64,000 nt of DNA from Azolla caroliniana. Its lineage: Eukaryota; Plantae; Polypodiophyta. Made by a program: the position numbers and the translations under genes. The stretch spans positions 20,584,001 through 20,648,000 of the forward strand of contig JBHGNT010000013.1 of NCBI GenBank assembly GCA_043228905.1. The letters are read 5' to 3'. The notes beneath the pieces were generated by a model. It made no database searches. It was not told where the DNA came from and saw nothing but the letters and a program-made list of their open reading frames with translations. Below, piece by piece: positions 27,071 through 40,834 of this stretch (position 1 is the stretch's first letter; each line of letters opens with the position of its first letter).

Positions 27071-28544
27071 ACCTAACTACAATATAAGAGAAAGAGAGAG
27101 TGTTGGTTATCACATTAAGGAATGTATGCAAGTCATACTAAGGTGATGGAAAATGTTAAATCGTTGGTGGCTTTCCCAATTACCTCATGCAAAGGTATTT
27201 ATTTGGAGAGTGAATATTTTAGCATTAGGTTTGGCCTTAAGCAAGAGAGGACTGTGATCCGGCACATGTTTCTTTTGTACCGTCCCATTGGAAGATAACA
27301 CATATAGATTTATTAAATGCCCTATTGCTCATACCATTTGGAAGCATTTATTAGAGATTTGGCAAGTTTTGAGCTGTTGTTATGTGAGGCCTACACAATG
27401 GGTCTAAATTCAACATGTTCATAATATTGCATGAGCTTTTGCCATTACTTAAAGTCACTTATTGGCACCACATGAATTGTCTCGAGAATCCACAAGAAGG
27501 GTGCAACATATGTAAATGGAACTACTAGGGCACTAAACCAGGAAAGATAGGTTTTTGGCGTTACCTTTGTAGATATGTAGGAGCCAAGCATGTAAATTGT
27601 CATGTGGTAGCGTTAATGATGCTTTCCTCTCTTCCACTCATACAACCAATTAGCGTCACTAACCAAAGTTCTTTAACTTATATTTCCTCATAAGTGATTT
27701 ATGTATGTTCATGTGCATGCACGTGAAAATGTGCTTTATGATATATATATGTGTGTATATGTTAGTGTATATGGAGGGGGGGTTTCATGTGTTAATCTAG
27801 AGATAATGGAACGAGTTTCTATGTGGAGTTCAACATGAAAGTCGTTTCTTCATGGGAGTTTGGCATGGCTCCAATTGTTGTGTTTTTCCCAACTCTTTTT
27901 TCCTTTGACTTAGAGTTCATAACAAGAGAACCCCTTTAGAGTTCTTGCAAGGGAAACTACCACTTTTGTAATAGAAAAGGGGCGTTAATGTTGAGGTGAT
28001 TTTCAGAAGGAACCATCTCAAGTGGCAAATCAATAAGAGGCTAGTATGGGCTTTCACAAGAGAGCTATGTTGTACGACCCAAGGTTTATCTTGTGATGAG
28101 TTTATGGTTTTCGTCAACCTTGTTCATGTTGAGTTTCTTGAGAGACATGATTTTGATGGCAAGTTGACATTTGGCTCATCCAAACCTTCACAAGAGAACA
28201 CCTCTATGGGTTCCACAAGAAGACGAGTGCCTCTCTCTTTTGGAGAGCCACGTGAGCACTTATATGTGTGAACTCATTGTGAAGGAATTCGAGGGGAAAT
28301 AGATAAATTCAATTTCTAGTAGTGATTCTATGCGTAGCGCAGTCCAGACTTCATGACAAAGCAACTTCATAGGCTCCATGAGAGGATGAGTATGCTCTTG
28401 ATTGAGAGCTTTCATGAGGGATTTTCCTCGTGTCCTTTGTGGGGGTGATAAATGGAATCAATTTTAGATTAAAATTTAGTTAATGTTGAATAAACATGTT
28501 GAGATATCAAGCTCAACCAGGTTTAGTTATTTTGTAAATTATTA

Positions 28545-31020
28545 TTATTATTTTCCAAAAGAAAAAACTCCTTCCATTAGTTATAAAATTTTATAAAGGA
28601 GATTATTATGTACAAATCCCTGTAGGGACGCGATAGTTCCATCTTATGTGGATGTCCACTGACTCGATAAAGGGAGAGGACGACCATTGTTGGATGAAGG
28701 CTATTCGTTGTCTTTCAACTCCATCGGAGCCGCCCTTCAGGCCATCATATTGGCTCTTTAGAGTGGCTACAATTTCACTCCATATCTTGTGTGAAAGCAT
28801 GCGAATGGAAACACTATTATAGCTATTTAGTTGCTAAAATGACCACAACTAAATAGTTTTTTTTATAGCTAATTTTTAGTAGGAAGATCTTAAAGATACG
28901 TATCATTGATTATGGAGATGGAAATATTACCATTTATGGTCCACCGTTTAGCTAGTCTTTTTCTGAGATCAAATTCTAATCATCCCTAAATTTGCCAAAA
29001 TATACAGATTACATGTAGCTTTTTAGATAGCTAATTAGCTATGTCAAGGACATAACTAATTGTTCCCATTCCCATGCATGCGGTTTGGTTGGAGAAGACC
29101 CGTCTACACCGTTGTTTCCATAGAATCCAAAGAGTTATTGGGCTTACCAATTCTAACACAACTTGAGATTTGCCATTAAGAGGATTTGAGTGGACATTGC
29201 TGATGGTGGAGAAAAAAACCTCTTGTGCTTTTATCACCAAAGTCATCCCCTCCTCATGATGCTCGTATCTGCTAGTTGGGGTCTGCCATGATAGCCAACA
29301 TATATTTCCCCACTTGATTGAGCCTTGCACTTGGCATAATTGCAACAAGTGGCCAACCCCCCGCCATATTCGATGGGACACTGGGCAGTTCCACAGAGCA
29401 TGTCGTATTGATTCTATTGCATTTGGACACTATACACAATTAGCAGAGTTAAGGTTCCCACATTGCCATGCTCCCAATGGTAGTGACTTATGTATTAATA
29501 GCCATTGGAACGGGGTAATTCGCCTCGCGTGTTGTTGTTTCCAGTTTTTCTGCCAAAACTTGGTGATAATTGTGTGAGGAACTTGATATGTGTGCCAGAC
29601 CTTTGTAACAGCCGACTCTCGGGCGGTTTGAGCAACTAGAATGTGGCGACCCAATCTAGTTGTGAATTGGAAGAAAGGGATGGGTTTGCATCCTCGCCCT
29701 GCATAAGGATCACGCCATGTCCATTGCAAAGGGTCCCAATTGACCTTACGTAGCCATGTGTTTTCATGAGTACATATGTGCCAATCGGGTTGTACTTTAA
29801 TCGGATCAGGATGTACAATCCATTTATGACCAATATACGCTAGTACTTGAATTGCGTTATTCTGTGTTGGTGTCTCAGTGCCTCGTAATTCAGAGCCTTC
29901 GATCCTGTCTGGTGATCCCCTACCTCTTGGGATCAAAGATCCCTCCTCCTCGTATCCTATCCATTTCTCCATTGTCGTCCTTTGAGTAGCAGCTTCCCTA
30001 ATCAGTAGAGCGTTAATGATTTCCGATCTCATAGTCCATCCGCCCTTGATTCCATGGAGTATGTTGGCTTGATCTTGTAGTGGTAGTGACATAAACCGTC
30101 TCCAACATTCTATACTTTTTCCTGGACCTTTTGCAATGTAACCCCATGACAACCCTTACTTGATCCAAGTAGTTGATTAGATTCATCCTTGATACATGGG
30201 TTCCATAGGATACGTTAACTGAACCAGGCAGGTTCAGAACTCGGTTGATCACACTTGAGCCCTCGTCTAATGTCACACCACACCTTCCACTTGGATGCAC
30301 TGAATCTATCCTCCAATTGGCGGGAGAAACTAAGTTTGAGATCCATGTTTAGAATCCAACCTGTTTGGGGGGCCCAATTGACCCCTTTTTGTGGCCTAAA
30401 GTACGCGAAACGTAACCTCAGTAGTATTTTCCAACAGTCATTTCCTGGTAGGAGTCCTCGCACCACAAATTTGGCAAGTAAGGCTTTTGATTGTGAGAGG
30501 GGATCAATAAGACCCAATCCCCCTCTTAACTTAGGTGCTGTGAGTATAGGCCACGCCACCTTGGCGCGAGTTACATGATCTTCCTTACCAGACCAAATGT
30601 AGTTGCGTACCAGTCGTTGAATCTTATGTATACTTTCCTTGGAGATTGTCCAACATGATAGACTGTACCATGCTGTTGCGAGTAGTACCTAGTTTGCCAC
30701 TATGATGTGACCCGCTAGCGACAGTTTTTTCGAACACCAATGTATCAACTTTTGTTGAATGGAATGGATAATGGGTGCACTCATAGTCTCCGGCGGTATG
30801 TTGAAACCAATTTGGAAACCCAAGTATTTGGTGCTCGCTCCTTGATTGATCCATTTGAAAGCGGGATGTGGGTGCCATGCAGGATGTGTTTCATGAGAAA
30901 GCATATTGCACATGATTTGTGCCAATTGATCATGGCATTGGATCTCTTGCAAAATACGGCTAACCCACTTCCGAGCTTTTTTAGGTTTGCCAAGTCCCCT
31001 TGCAAGTAAACCGTTGTGTT
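28545..31020 (-). mobile_element. Degenerate 5'-truncated L1 LINE (RT C-terminal half, zf-RVT region, 3' tail), with an AT-rich insertion at ~28815-29060
   Basis: KYLGFQIG, IHSIQQKLIHW..KKLSLAG, WPILTAPKLRGGLGLIDPLSQSKALLAKF, LWILWKQRCRRVF and WNYRVP; frameshifts and stops. Confidence 0.85.
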
Positions 31021-31328
31021 ATTTTGTAAATTATGTAACAGTTACATAGTAGCTACGTAAATAGAATCTAGTTAGCATGTTGACTGTAAAGCCTTAAATA
31101 GGACTTTGTACTTAAGTGGGATACATTCTAGATCCTCCACTCCCAAGTTCATTAAATATAGGACTTACATCCTTGTACCTATGTTCTCCTCACACCCGTG
31201 CACCCTTGCACATGAGATGTATATATACCTCATTGTGGGTATTTTTGTAACTTGATGCTTATTAATATAGTGAAAAGGTCTTCTAGCCACATGTATGTTA
31301 ACCATCCCCCATTATGTTTGCTTATAAG

Positions 31329-31363
<35 letters not shown>

Positions 31364-32578
31364 CAAGATTGATACAAACTTATACAAGATTTAACCTTGT
31401 ATATACATAGGGTGAAAGCAAGGTAAGGAATTAAACAATTAAGGGAATATCTTTAATTCAGAGTGGCGAGTCTAAGGTTGACAACAATTTAGCCTTAGTC
31501 TTCTTACACGTCAGCTGTGCCCGTATGATTCTCTACCTCTTGACTTTTGTTTTGTTGCAAGCACTTGGGCATTCAATTGTAGCCAAAACTAGTGAACTCT
31601 AAATTGAGCTCTCCTTTTAGATAAACATAGGAACTCTCGTTTTGGCATGCACTGCCTCTTGTCCTTGGATGGGTGTTTGGCTTTGGTAAAATGTATGTTC
31701 ACCATTGTAGATCCATGTTACCCTTTCAGTCATCGTTTGTGGATTTTGAAGGCTTACACTTCTCGTTGGAAGCGATTAGCTCTTAACCTTATTATTATCT
31801 TAATATTCTTCGTTTTCCTCGACCAAAATTACCTTCCATTTTAACACTTTTCTCCCTCCACACATTTCATGTCATATAATGTTTCCGTTGGTTTGATACT
31901 TTATATTCGAAGTAGACGTGTCACATTGGATTTAATTAAGAGTGGTGGGTCTAAGAGTTCCCACAATAGATTATAGAACTCAAAGAGTTTCATTGAGGCC
32001 CATTAGCCATGATGAGCTCCCCATAATAGAACTTTTTTGAGTTATCTTGTGTTCACCCCAACACTAGAGGTGGTTGTGAGAGCTTGGCATAGAGTTCACA
32101 CGATGACGAAGCAAGAGTTGGCCAATAGAAGGGCATCAAGTCCACATCATCATATTTGTTGTAGCTCTTGAAGATTATTGTATAATAACCCATGAATAAG
32201 ATTTGGAAACTAATGTGACTTCAGATTGTTGATTCGAGCAATTGCCAACCATGCCCAAAAATTTGTTATTCATTATATTTGAACAATGATAATGTGTAGT
32301 TCATCAAGTCTCTCTTCTCATCTCTAGAGGGTTCGTCCAAATTGATGAACCCCATGTCATTAGAATGTCACCATTTCATTGGCAACATAATTTCATTCAT
32401 TCTTGTGTGTCTAGGGTTTGAGAGAGGGTACAGAGACACATCGTTAAGGGCATGCGATTAGAAATATACAAAACTACATATTTGAAACACACACACAAAT
32501 TTGTGCGAAGAGAGAAATGCTTTAATCAATTGCATTCGAATAGAAACTTTCTCTTCCACAAAAGCTTTTTGACATCTA

Positions 32579-33036
32579 GTGCGCCCCCCAAAGGAATTGA
32601 TCATGGATATTTGGTTCCCAATTATCAATTGCCGTCGAGGGCAGCTGGACGAGGTTTGCAGCCACTCCGATGATGTGGTCACTGCCCGCTTACGCTTTTG
32701 GCAAAAATGGAGGAACACCCGGATGGTGACGCAAGGAGGAAACGACCCGAGGTGGAACTACCAACCCCCACGTTGGTTGGTTGTTTCCTACTCACCTCCC
32801 ACCCTCCCTCCGTTGTAGGCCAGAGGATCAGGCTTGCGTAGGCCGGCGATGATTGCCACTAGTTTATAGCTCTAAATACCTAAGTTTACATTAAGTAGAA
32901 AGTAAGAGAGGATATGTACGCAGTCTCATAATCTTGAACTTGGCCGGGGGGCGATTCCTCGTTTTCTTGTATAGTCTTTCAATAAAAATCTCTCCTAACT
33001 AATGGGAAAGTATCTCTTTTTTTGGGGAAAAAAAAA
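32579..33036 (+). mobile_element. 3' end of L1-type LINE with poly(A)
   Basis: RLRFWQKW...WNYQPPRWL, then AATAAA and an A tract. Confidence 0.7.
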
Positions 33037-33186
33037 CTCAAACGAATATGGAATGTGATTCATCATACATAATATCAACAAGCTTCATATAAATTGAGAA
33101 AGATCTCCTATAACTTATTCCAAAACATTTGTAAGAACTCTATTAACTTCTTTTAAAGTGAAATGTTAATTTTTTGTTTACAAGAC

Positions 33187-33841
33187 TAGCAATGGGCCCG
33201 ATTTCGGCTCAAACCGAACTGAACCGTTAAACCGTGGCTTAACGGTTTATTGGTTCAAAAATAAATAAACCTTTTGGTTTGGTTTCAAATGTTATGATCC
33301 GGTTTGGTTTTGAATTTCATGGTTTACCGGTTTCGGTTTATGTGGTTTGGTTTAAAGATTTATAGGTTTATAGGCTAAAAAATATTCCTAAAATTTCACC
33401 TCTAGGCTAACTCTTAACTTTTAATTTTAAACCTCTAAGCTCTAACTTATTAAATTTTATATACATTATAAGTAGAGTGTCCTTTTTGATGTATGATTAT
33501 CAAATTTATGATAAGTATGATGACCAAAATTATAATATGTATGATGACTAAATTTATGATAGGTATGATGACCAAATTTATAATAAGTGTGATAACTAAA
33601 TTTATGATAAGTATGATGACCAAATTTATGATGATTTTCTCACATAGATTCATAATATGTATGATAATCAATATCTCAAAAAAATGATTTGGTTTGGTTT
33701 TGATTTATGATAAACCGGTTTGGTTTGGTTCTAAAATTTCCATAAACGGATTGGTTTGGTTTTTATTCTAAATAAATGGTTTGGTTTGGTTTCAAGGCCA
33801 AGAAATTGAACTGAATCGAACCCGAATCGGGCCCATTGCTA
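33187..33841. mobile_element. hAT-like MITE with 17-bp perfect TIRs and an internal 24-bp minisatellite (~33492-33670)
   Basis: TAGCAATGGGCCCGATT (33187-33203) / AATCGGGCCCATTGCTA (33825-33841); subterminal AAACCG/GGTTT repeats; TATGATGACCAAATTTATGATAAG units. No TSD found. Confidence 0.8.
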
Positions 33842-33855
33842 ATATATATATATAA

Positions 33856-34588
33856 TTTGAAAAGGCTTCGATTGCAAGTTGCATTTACCAAATTATAAAA
33901 TTTTAATCAACAGTTTAGAATATAACTAGCATAATAAAATATAATGTAAAATAACTTGAGCAAATTGTATGTGGATTGTATCAAAGACGTAAGACATGCA
34001 TACCCAAGTATTACACAAGATTCACGTTCATTTAAACATTTTATGTTTAGTTGATGTTGCGTACAACTTTGAAGCTCTTTTCACTTTTGGTGATGTTTGA
34101 AAAAGCTTTGATTGCAAGTTGAATTTACCAAATTATAAAATTTTAATCAACATGTTTAGAAGATAACTTAGTCTAGCATAATAAAATATAATGTAAAATA
34201 ACTTGAGCAAATTGTATGTGGATTATATCAAAGATGTAAGATATGCTTACTCAAGTATTACATAGAATTCATGTTCATTTAAACATTTTATGTTTATTGG
34301 TATGTCGTGTACAACTTTGAAGCTCTTTTCAATTTCAGTGATGTTTGAAAAGGCTTCGATTTCAAGTTGCATTTATCAAATTATAGAATTTTAACCAACA
34401 TGTTTAGAAGATAACTAGCATAATAAAATATAATGTAAAATAACTTGAGCAAATTGTATGTGGATTGTATCAAAGACGTACGACATGCTTACCCAAGTAT
34501 TACACAAAATTCATGTTCATTTAAACATTTTATGTTTATTGGTATGCAGTGTACAACTTTGAAGCTCTTTTCAATTTCAGTGATATTT
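33856..34588. repeat. ~240-248-bp tandem repeat x3
   Basis: TTTGAAAARGCTTYGATT.CAAGTTG starts at 33856, 34096 and 34344. Confidence 0.9.
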
Positions 34589-37500
34589 ACAAGTCAAATC
34601 TAGATTGATAAAAATATTATGTGGTCCTTTATGCTTGACCCATTGTTTAGGAACCTTCACCATTCATGTTCAACCTAGAATATTCATTATGTCCTCATCA
34701 TCAACCTAAAAATCATCATCTCCACAATTGGTCTCATCCTAGAAATATGACATGTGTGTTTCATGCATGTCATCATTTGTAAATGCACTATATGATTCTA
34801 TGTTGGGATTTAGTTGCCACTTTGGGGCCTTTAAATGTATTTTCTTCTTCTTCACATTTCTTCTCTTTCTAGTACCTCTATAATGTCCATTCCTTTCCTT
34901 TACATATCTATGTTTGTGTTTTATTCCATGGTACTAGATATCTTGATCGGAAGAGATTCACTTGATTAAGCGATTGAAGAAAGGAGTGTTCAAAGTAACC
35001 AAATATCAACGATCCATCAATTATTCGTAGACAATATTTTGATAAACTAGTCTACAATAACTTTCTAATCATACGAGCAAATGATAGAGTATAATTTTAT
35101 CTCCTGTATACCCCAAATGATAAAGGAGACTTTAGACAACATGTACATATACAAATTATACTTAATCTCTAAGTTCAATGAGTGTTACATGCAAATTATA
35201 AATAAGCTCAACTTATAAATTACATCAAAATTTAACAATTCATATTGTTCAAATTTTACAATAAGCCATATGCATTCAATCCAATAATAAATCCGGTAAA
35301 GCTGGCTCTTTAGGATTAGCTCTTTCCACTGCTTCTTCATCTATAGGTTCCATTGGTTCTCTAGAAGTCATCTGGAACATCTTAGTTTCACTGATATGCT
35401 TTGCCCCAACTTCTTGGTCTTGATCAGGACAATCCCAGATACCTTGGATCCTCATTTTGATGAAATTAACTTGCTCAGGGTTCTTCTCCAATGCAACAAA
35501 GTTCCTGAACATCTTTAAGACACATGTTGTAGTAGTACCTGACAGTAGAATGAAATTGCACATGTAACATCAAACTGAAGAATAGACTATACGTTAATCT
35601 AAATTGATGTGACAAGTTTTATATTGTATACATGTGCCAAAAAACAAATCTAAAACCCAAATTATCATCTGGGTTTGAAAACAACTTGATTAGGCGATTG
35701 ATTAGTCTTTGTGGTTTTTGGTACGGGTTCACTAGGCTCTTATCGCCAAATACATGGTGTAGCTTCTTTGTCACCGCTAGGCACATGACGTAGTTGAAAC
35801 ATTTCTTTCATTGACATGTGCCCAAGCCTTCTCCTTCGTAATTGCATCGTAGTACCCCACACAAAGATGTTCAACTGCACTAACCATTCGAGCACCCGGA
35901 GTATGTGTGATATTAGTTTTAATCCTATTAAAATCATACAATCGTGTTAAGAATACAATTTGCAACATATTAAAACAACATTTATAATAGTAAATCAAAA
36001 CAACTTGTAGCTTACCAATGCATATGTTCTGTTGCGTGACATCTCAACTTTAAAGCCGTTGTGATAGACAATGATTGGCCCATGCTATGGAATATTACGA
36101 TCCTCCATAAAGGTGCAAGGGTCAACTTGGCAAAGTCTTTCACCATTTTCTCTATCTGGGGATATTTGTATGGCACATCATTGTACATGGATCCCGTGAT
36201 TCAGAGTCCATATGGAATGTCAGCGATAAGTAAAGTATAATGCCTCTTGGGTAATATGTTTTGCATATTACCCACTTCCCCGTTGTCGCGTTGTTACGCG
36301 CGTGCGTGGAGAAAGGCGGGACCACGGGGGTCTTGGACTAGGGAGTGATGGAGCGTAGGAAGTCGTGCTTCACTGTTTCTGGGGCATCCCAGGAACACCC
36401 CGGAAGCAACCGAAGGGGGAGAGAGAGAGAGAGAGAGAGAGATGCTTAACACCGACTCGCGCGCACACACACACACGCGCGCGCGCGCGCAGCTCACGCC
36501 CTCATGTACAGGAAACGCAGGAAAGGGGGGGGGGGGCACCCGACACCAACAAAGACGCCAATATACACAGACAGACGCAAACGTATATGTATATATATAT
36601 AAGAAGAATACACTCCCGGCTTCGAGCCGGACTGAGGTAGGTTACAGTAGTCGTTTGCTGCCAAGCCGCCGTCGGGGAGCTCACGGGCTCGTCGCACCGA
36701 GCGGGGTCTTGCGCAGGAGATGAGCTGAAGCAAACCCTAAACGAACACGAAGGGGGGGGGAAGAAGAAGAAGAAGAAACCTAACTCTAAACCTAACGGTA
36801 TACCCTCGAATGCAAAATGGGCAACCCTTTTACAAAGGGCGTTCCCTTCCTTTTATAGAACAAGGAAAGGGAGGCATTACAATGCGGGACAAATCCCGAC
36901 TTACATGGGATCGTCTGTCCCGACTTGACTACTCTTCGGCGCCATAAAGGCGCCCTCGACATTCACACTAAATGTACACGAGTGCGTACACACGCTGCAC
37001 CCCGCTGATGTAGCCAATGTTTCCCGGTTTCCGCCTTTGGCCGAAATTCTTCACGACATCCACCCCCACTTAACTGCACGTCCACCGGTACGTGCCAAAT
37101 CCGGTTGAAGGGTGAGAGATTTCGGCCGGCGAGAAACCGGTCTTCCGTGATCCGCATCCCGGCTTGCTGCCGGTTTGATCCGTCGGCTTCGAGTCTTCCG
37201 TCGCGCTCGCCTCCCTGTAGGCTCGTTCGACCCGTCGATGGGTCCTCTGCCGCGATCTCCGTAGTACGCGTACTTCCGTTGGCCCTTGTTCGGCCATATG
37301 AATGCCCCGCTTCCCGCCGTACGCCTGATGTCCTCCGTTTGAGGAACGCCCGTAGCGGCCTGCTTGGCCTCTGTTGATCATTCGCATCGTCCTGATTGCC
37401 GTCCCATGTCGTTTCTCGTTGCCCTCGTCCTCTCGCCGCCACCTTCGTTCTCCATGGTCTTACATCGCCGCGTCGGCTCGAACCGCCATGGTCTCTAGAA

Positions 37501-38478
37501 CGGTGTGGGGATCCCTTTCCGGTCTTCTCCGCGATACCTCCGAACCGCGCAACCTATCTCCGCGCTCACCTTTCCTCTCCGGCACCTCCATGTGCCATGT
37601 ACCCTCGCCCGTTGTTTGGCACCGCCTGTGTCGCACTCCGGTTTATTGCACGCCTTGTCGGCCCCCTTTTTGGCCAGATCGTGCATCGTCGTTCACCCGC
37701 ATATCGACGTCCTTTGCATCCGAGGAACACCCCGTAATAGCCCGCTTGGCCTTTCCCGTCTTCGTGCTGCCGTGATAGGTCATGAGTCTTCCGCTTGCCG
37801 TCGTCCCCTCGCCCCCACCAGCTTGTCACCCCGGGCTTGCCGTGCCAGTCTTCGCTACTTCAACGAAGCTACCGAGATCTACGAAGCGAGTGTGGAGGAT
37901 CCTCTTCCGGCCTCTCTTGCCATCCCCTGGCTCCGACCCTGTGCAGTCCACTAGGCACTTGTCACCTCGTTCCCGGCACCTCTCTTGTGCCGTCTTCCGC
38001 TCCCTTTGTTCGGCACCGCCCGTGCCGAACACTGTCCCGTAGTCACGCTTTGATCCGGCCCGCGATGGCCACTTGCGAGACTCTTATTCTGTCCAAGGTG
38101 TGCCTTTCCGGCCTGACACACCCCCCCGTGTTCACCCCTACCGGCTCCTTCCGATTCCTCGCATCGTCGGGTCCCGTTCCCTGCCGCCACCGTCCTTCTC
38201 CCTCGGTCTCACGTTGCCACGTTGGCCGAACTGCCGGAGTCTCCAGATCGGTGTGAGGGTCCCATAGGACCGGACTCCGTTTCTATGCTTGCCGAAACTA
38301 GGGTGTCTTTTGTTTGAGTCCCACCCGGACTCTCCTCGTGTCTTCCGCGTAGTCGGGTCCCGTTTCTCGCCGCCACCAACGTTCTCTCTCGGTCTCACGT
38401 TGCCACGTTGGCCGAACTGACGGAGTCTCTGGTTAAGTGTGGGGATCCCGTAGGACCGGACTTCCTTACGCCCATTGT

Positions 38479-38820
38479 CTTCGTCACCTCGCCGCCACCG
38501 TCAGTATCTTGGTCTTACGTCGGCCGCGTTGCCGACCGCCGAAGTCTCTAGAACCGGTGTGAAGGATCCTTCGTAGACCGCCTATCCGTAGCCCTTGCCT
38601 TCGTCACCTCGCCGCCACCGTCAGTATCTTGGTCTTACGTCGGCCGCGTTGCCGACCGCCGAAGTCTCTAGAACCGTTGTGAAGGATCCTTCGTAGACCG
38701 CCCATCCGTAGCCCTTGCCTTCGTCACCTCGCCGCCACCGTCAGTATCTTGGTCTTACGTCGGCCGCGTTGCCGACCACCGAAGTCTCTAGAACCGGTGT
38801 GAAGGATCCTTTGTAGACCG
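38479..38820. repeat. 120-bp tandem repeat x~3 within the element, with diverged relatives across 37430-39400
   Basis: CTTCGTCACCTCGCCGCCACCGTCAGTATCTTGG at 38479, 38599 and 38719. Confidence 0.9.
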
Positions 38821-39998
38821 TCGTCGCCTTCTTGACCCTGTCCCGGGTCGTCCCTTTCCGCATTGCCGAGAGGGCGTTTTGTTTCGCACCCTCTCCCGTG
38901 GTACCGACGTACCGTGTCCTCGGCCTCTTCGTAGGCTTGCTCTCTTCCTCCCTCCCGGAATGGTCATCCGGGAGTCCGCTCCGCCCAGTTCTCGTCCAGG
39001 TCCGTTCGCCCTTCTTCGGATTGCCGGGTCCCGTTCTCCTGTCGCCACCGATCTCTCGTATAGGACTTACGTCGGCACTCGGGCCGACAGCCGGATCGGT
39101 GTAAGGAAACCCATAGGACCGGCTTTTATTTTCGTTCGTAATCTCGACCTTCGCCCGGTCGGTCTTTCTCCCCATGTAAAAGAGGGCGGCTCGTCCCGCA
39201 CCCTCTCCCGTATCGGCACCTCTATGCCAAATCCGGCCTCGATCGAACGATCCACGACCGGAACACGCTCCATCCGTATCGGAATGACGATCTCCTCGCG
39301 CCGCTTCCGTCCTCGGCCTCCTCGCAGGCCGTTTCCCATCCGACTTCGCTGGCATCGTGCCAGGACTCCTCGGTACCGCCATCCATCTCCTCGGTCTTAC
39401 ATGGCCATACGGGCCCGAATGCCGAGTTCTCCGGAATTGGGTCCGTGGACTTTTGGCCGCTCCTTCCCCGTATCGTCTCGCCGGTGATTCTTGGCCTTTC
39501 GCCGCCGCCTTCCTCCACTTGGGACTCACGTGGGCACTCGGGCCCGACTACCATCGTCTCGGGAGTAAGTGTGGGAAGACACAAAGAATCGCCCGTCCGT
39601 TTTACGCCCTTGTCCGTAGCCACCGGCTCTCCGTGGTCGGCGGTCGTCTTCTTACCGATCGCGCAAGCCCCGTCTGGGCTTGCTTCTCCAATGACCGGGA
39701 TCTCGGGCTGACACGCCCGAAACCGCTGGTCCCAACGTTCCGGTTCCGCGATCTGTATCTCGGCCTCGTCCTTGGCCGTTCTATCTCCGCAAGTCGAGAG
39801 GGCGTTTCGTTCCGCACCCTCTCCCGTGGTACCATGGTACCGATCTTCCGCCGTTGCGTGGGGCAAGTCCGTCTCCTTGGTCTCGGCTTCCGGCCTTGAT
39901 CTTCCCTCTTCCTCGAGCATCGCTTTGAGAGCTGCGTACGCCTCCACAATCCTAGCCCCAACGTTGATCCTTGCCAACTCCCTTTTCCGTTCGGCCTC

Positions 39999-40628
39999 TT
40001 ACCGCTGTGATGGCACGCCGTCGCGTCCCTTCCTCTTAGCCTTCTCGGCTCGCTCATCATCTAGCCGTTGACACACCCTTCCGACCTTCGACCAGTCCTC
40101 CGTAAGCCCATTCGCTCCATCATCGTCTTCGAGCTCAATCCCGATGGCTTCCCGTTCCGCTCGATCGATCGACTTGACGAACAAAAGGACTTTGTCCGCC
40201 CCCACCAAACCTTGTTCCCGCTCCGGGAGCCGAGCAAGCCGCCAGTGGGTCTTTGCCGATGCTACCCATTGGTCAAAGTCGTGCCGCCCCCGACTCTTCC
40301 GCCGTCCTCTGTATGCCTTCAGGAGCGCCTCTTCGAAGGCCTCCCACGAACTATGAGCCTCTCGGAGCTCCTTTATTTCCGCATGCATCCGGACAGCCAC
40401 GACCCGACAGAAGAACTCCAGCCTCAACGCCTTGTCTACGCCACGCTCCTCCATTTCTGTGTTGTAGGCTTCCAAGTAAGATGGGACTTTGTCCCCGTTG
40501 AAACGACCGACTCTTTCGACCACTCGCTCAACCGCTTGTTGCGCTGCTTCTCGCCTCATCACCACTCGTGCCGACTCCAACACCACTTCGGCCACCATCT
40601 CCGCAAGATCGTCATCTTCTGACTCCAT
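39999..40628 (-). CDS. gag: Truncated Gag (capsid-like N-terminal part) of the non-autonomous element
   Basis: VGRFNGDKVPSYLEAY and KVLLFVKSID...GLTEDW align with the Gag at 48058-50184. Confidence 0.75.
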   Translation of the reverse strand: MESEDDDLAEMVAEVVLESARVVMRREAAQQAVERVVERVGRFNGDKVPSYLEAYNTEMEERGVDKALRLEFFCRVVAVRMHAEIKELREAHSSWEAFEEALLKAYRGRRKSRGRHDFDQWVASAKTHWRLARLPEREQGLVGADKVLLFVKSIDRAEREAIGIELEDDDGANGLTEDWSKVGRVCQRLDDERAEKAKRKGRDGVPSQR

Positions 40629-40794
40629 CTTCCCTTGCCGCCTTTCACGTCGGGTTCACCAAATATGTCGCGTTGTTACGCGCGTGCGTGGAGAAAGGCG
40701 GGACCACGGGGTCTTGGACTAGGGAGTGATGGAGCGTAGGAAGTCGTGCTTCACTGTTTCTGGGGCATCCCAGGAACACCTCGGAAGCAACCGA

Positions 40795-40834
<40 letters not shown>

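Noticed and set aside
33450-33687. ORFs with 8-aa periodicity
   Set aside because: By-product of the 24-bp minisatellite in the MITE.
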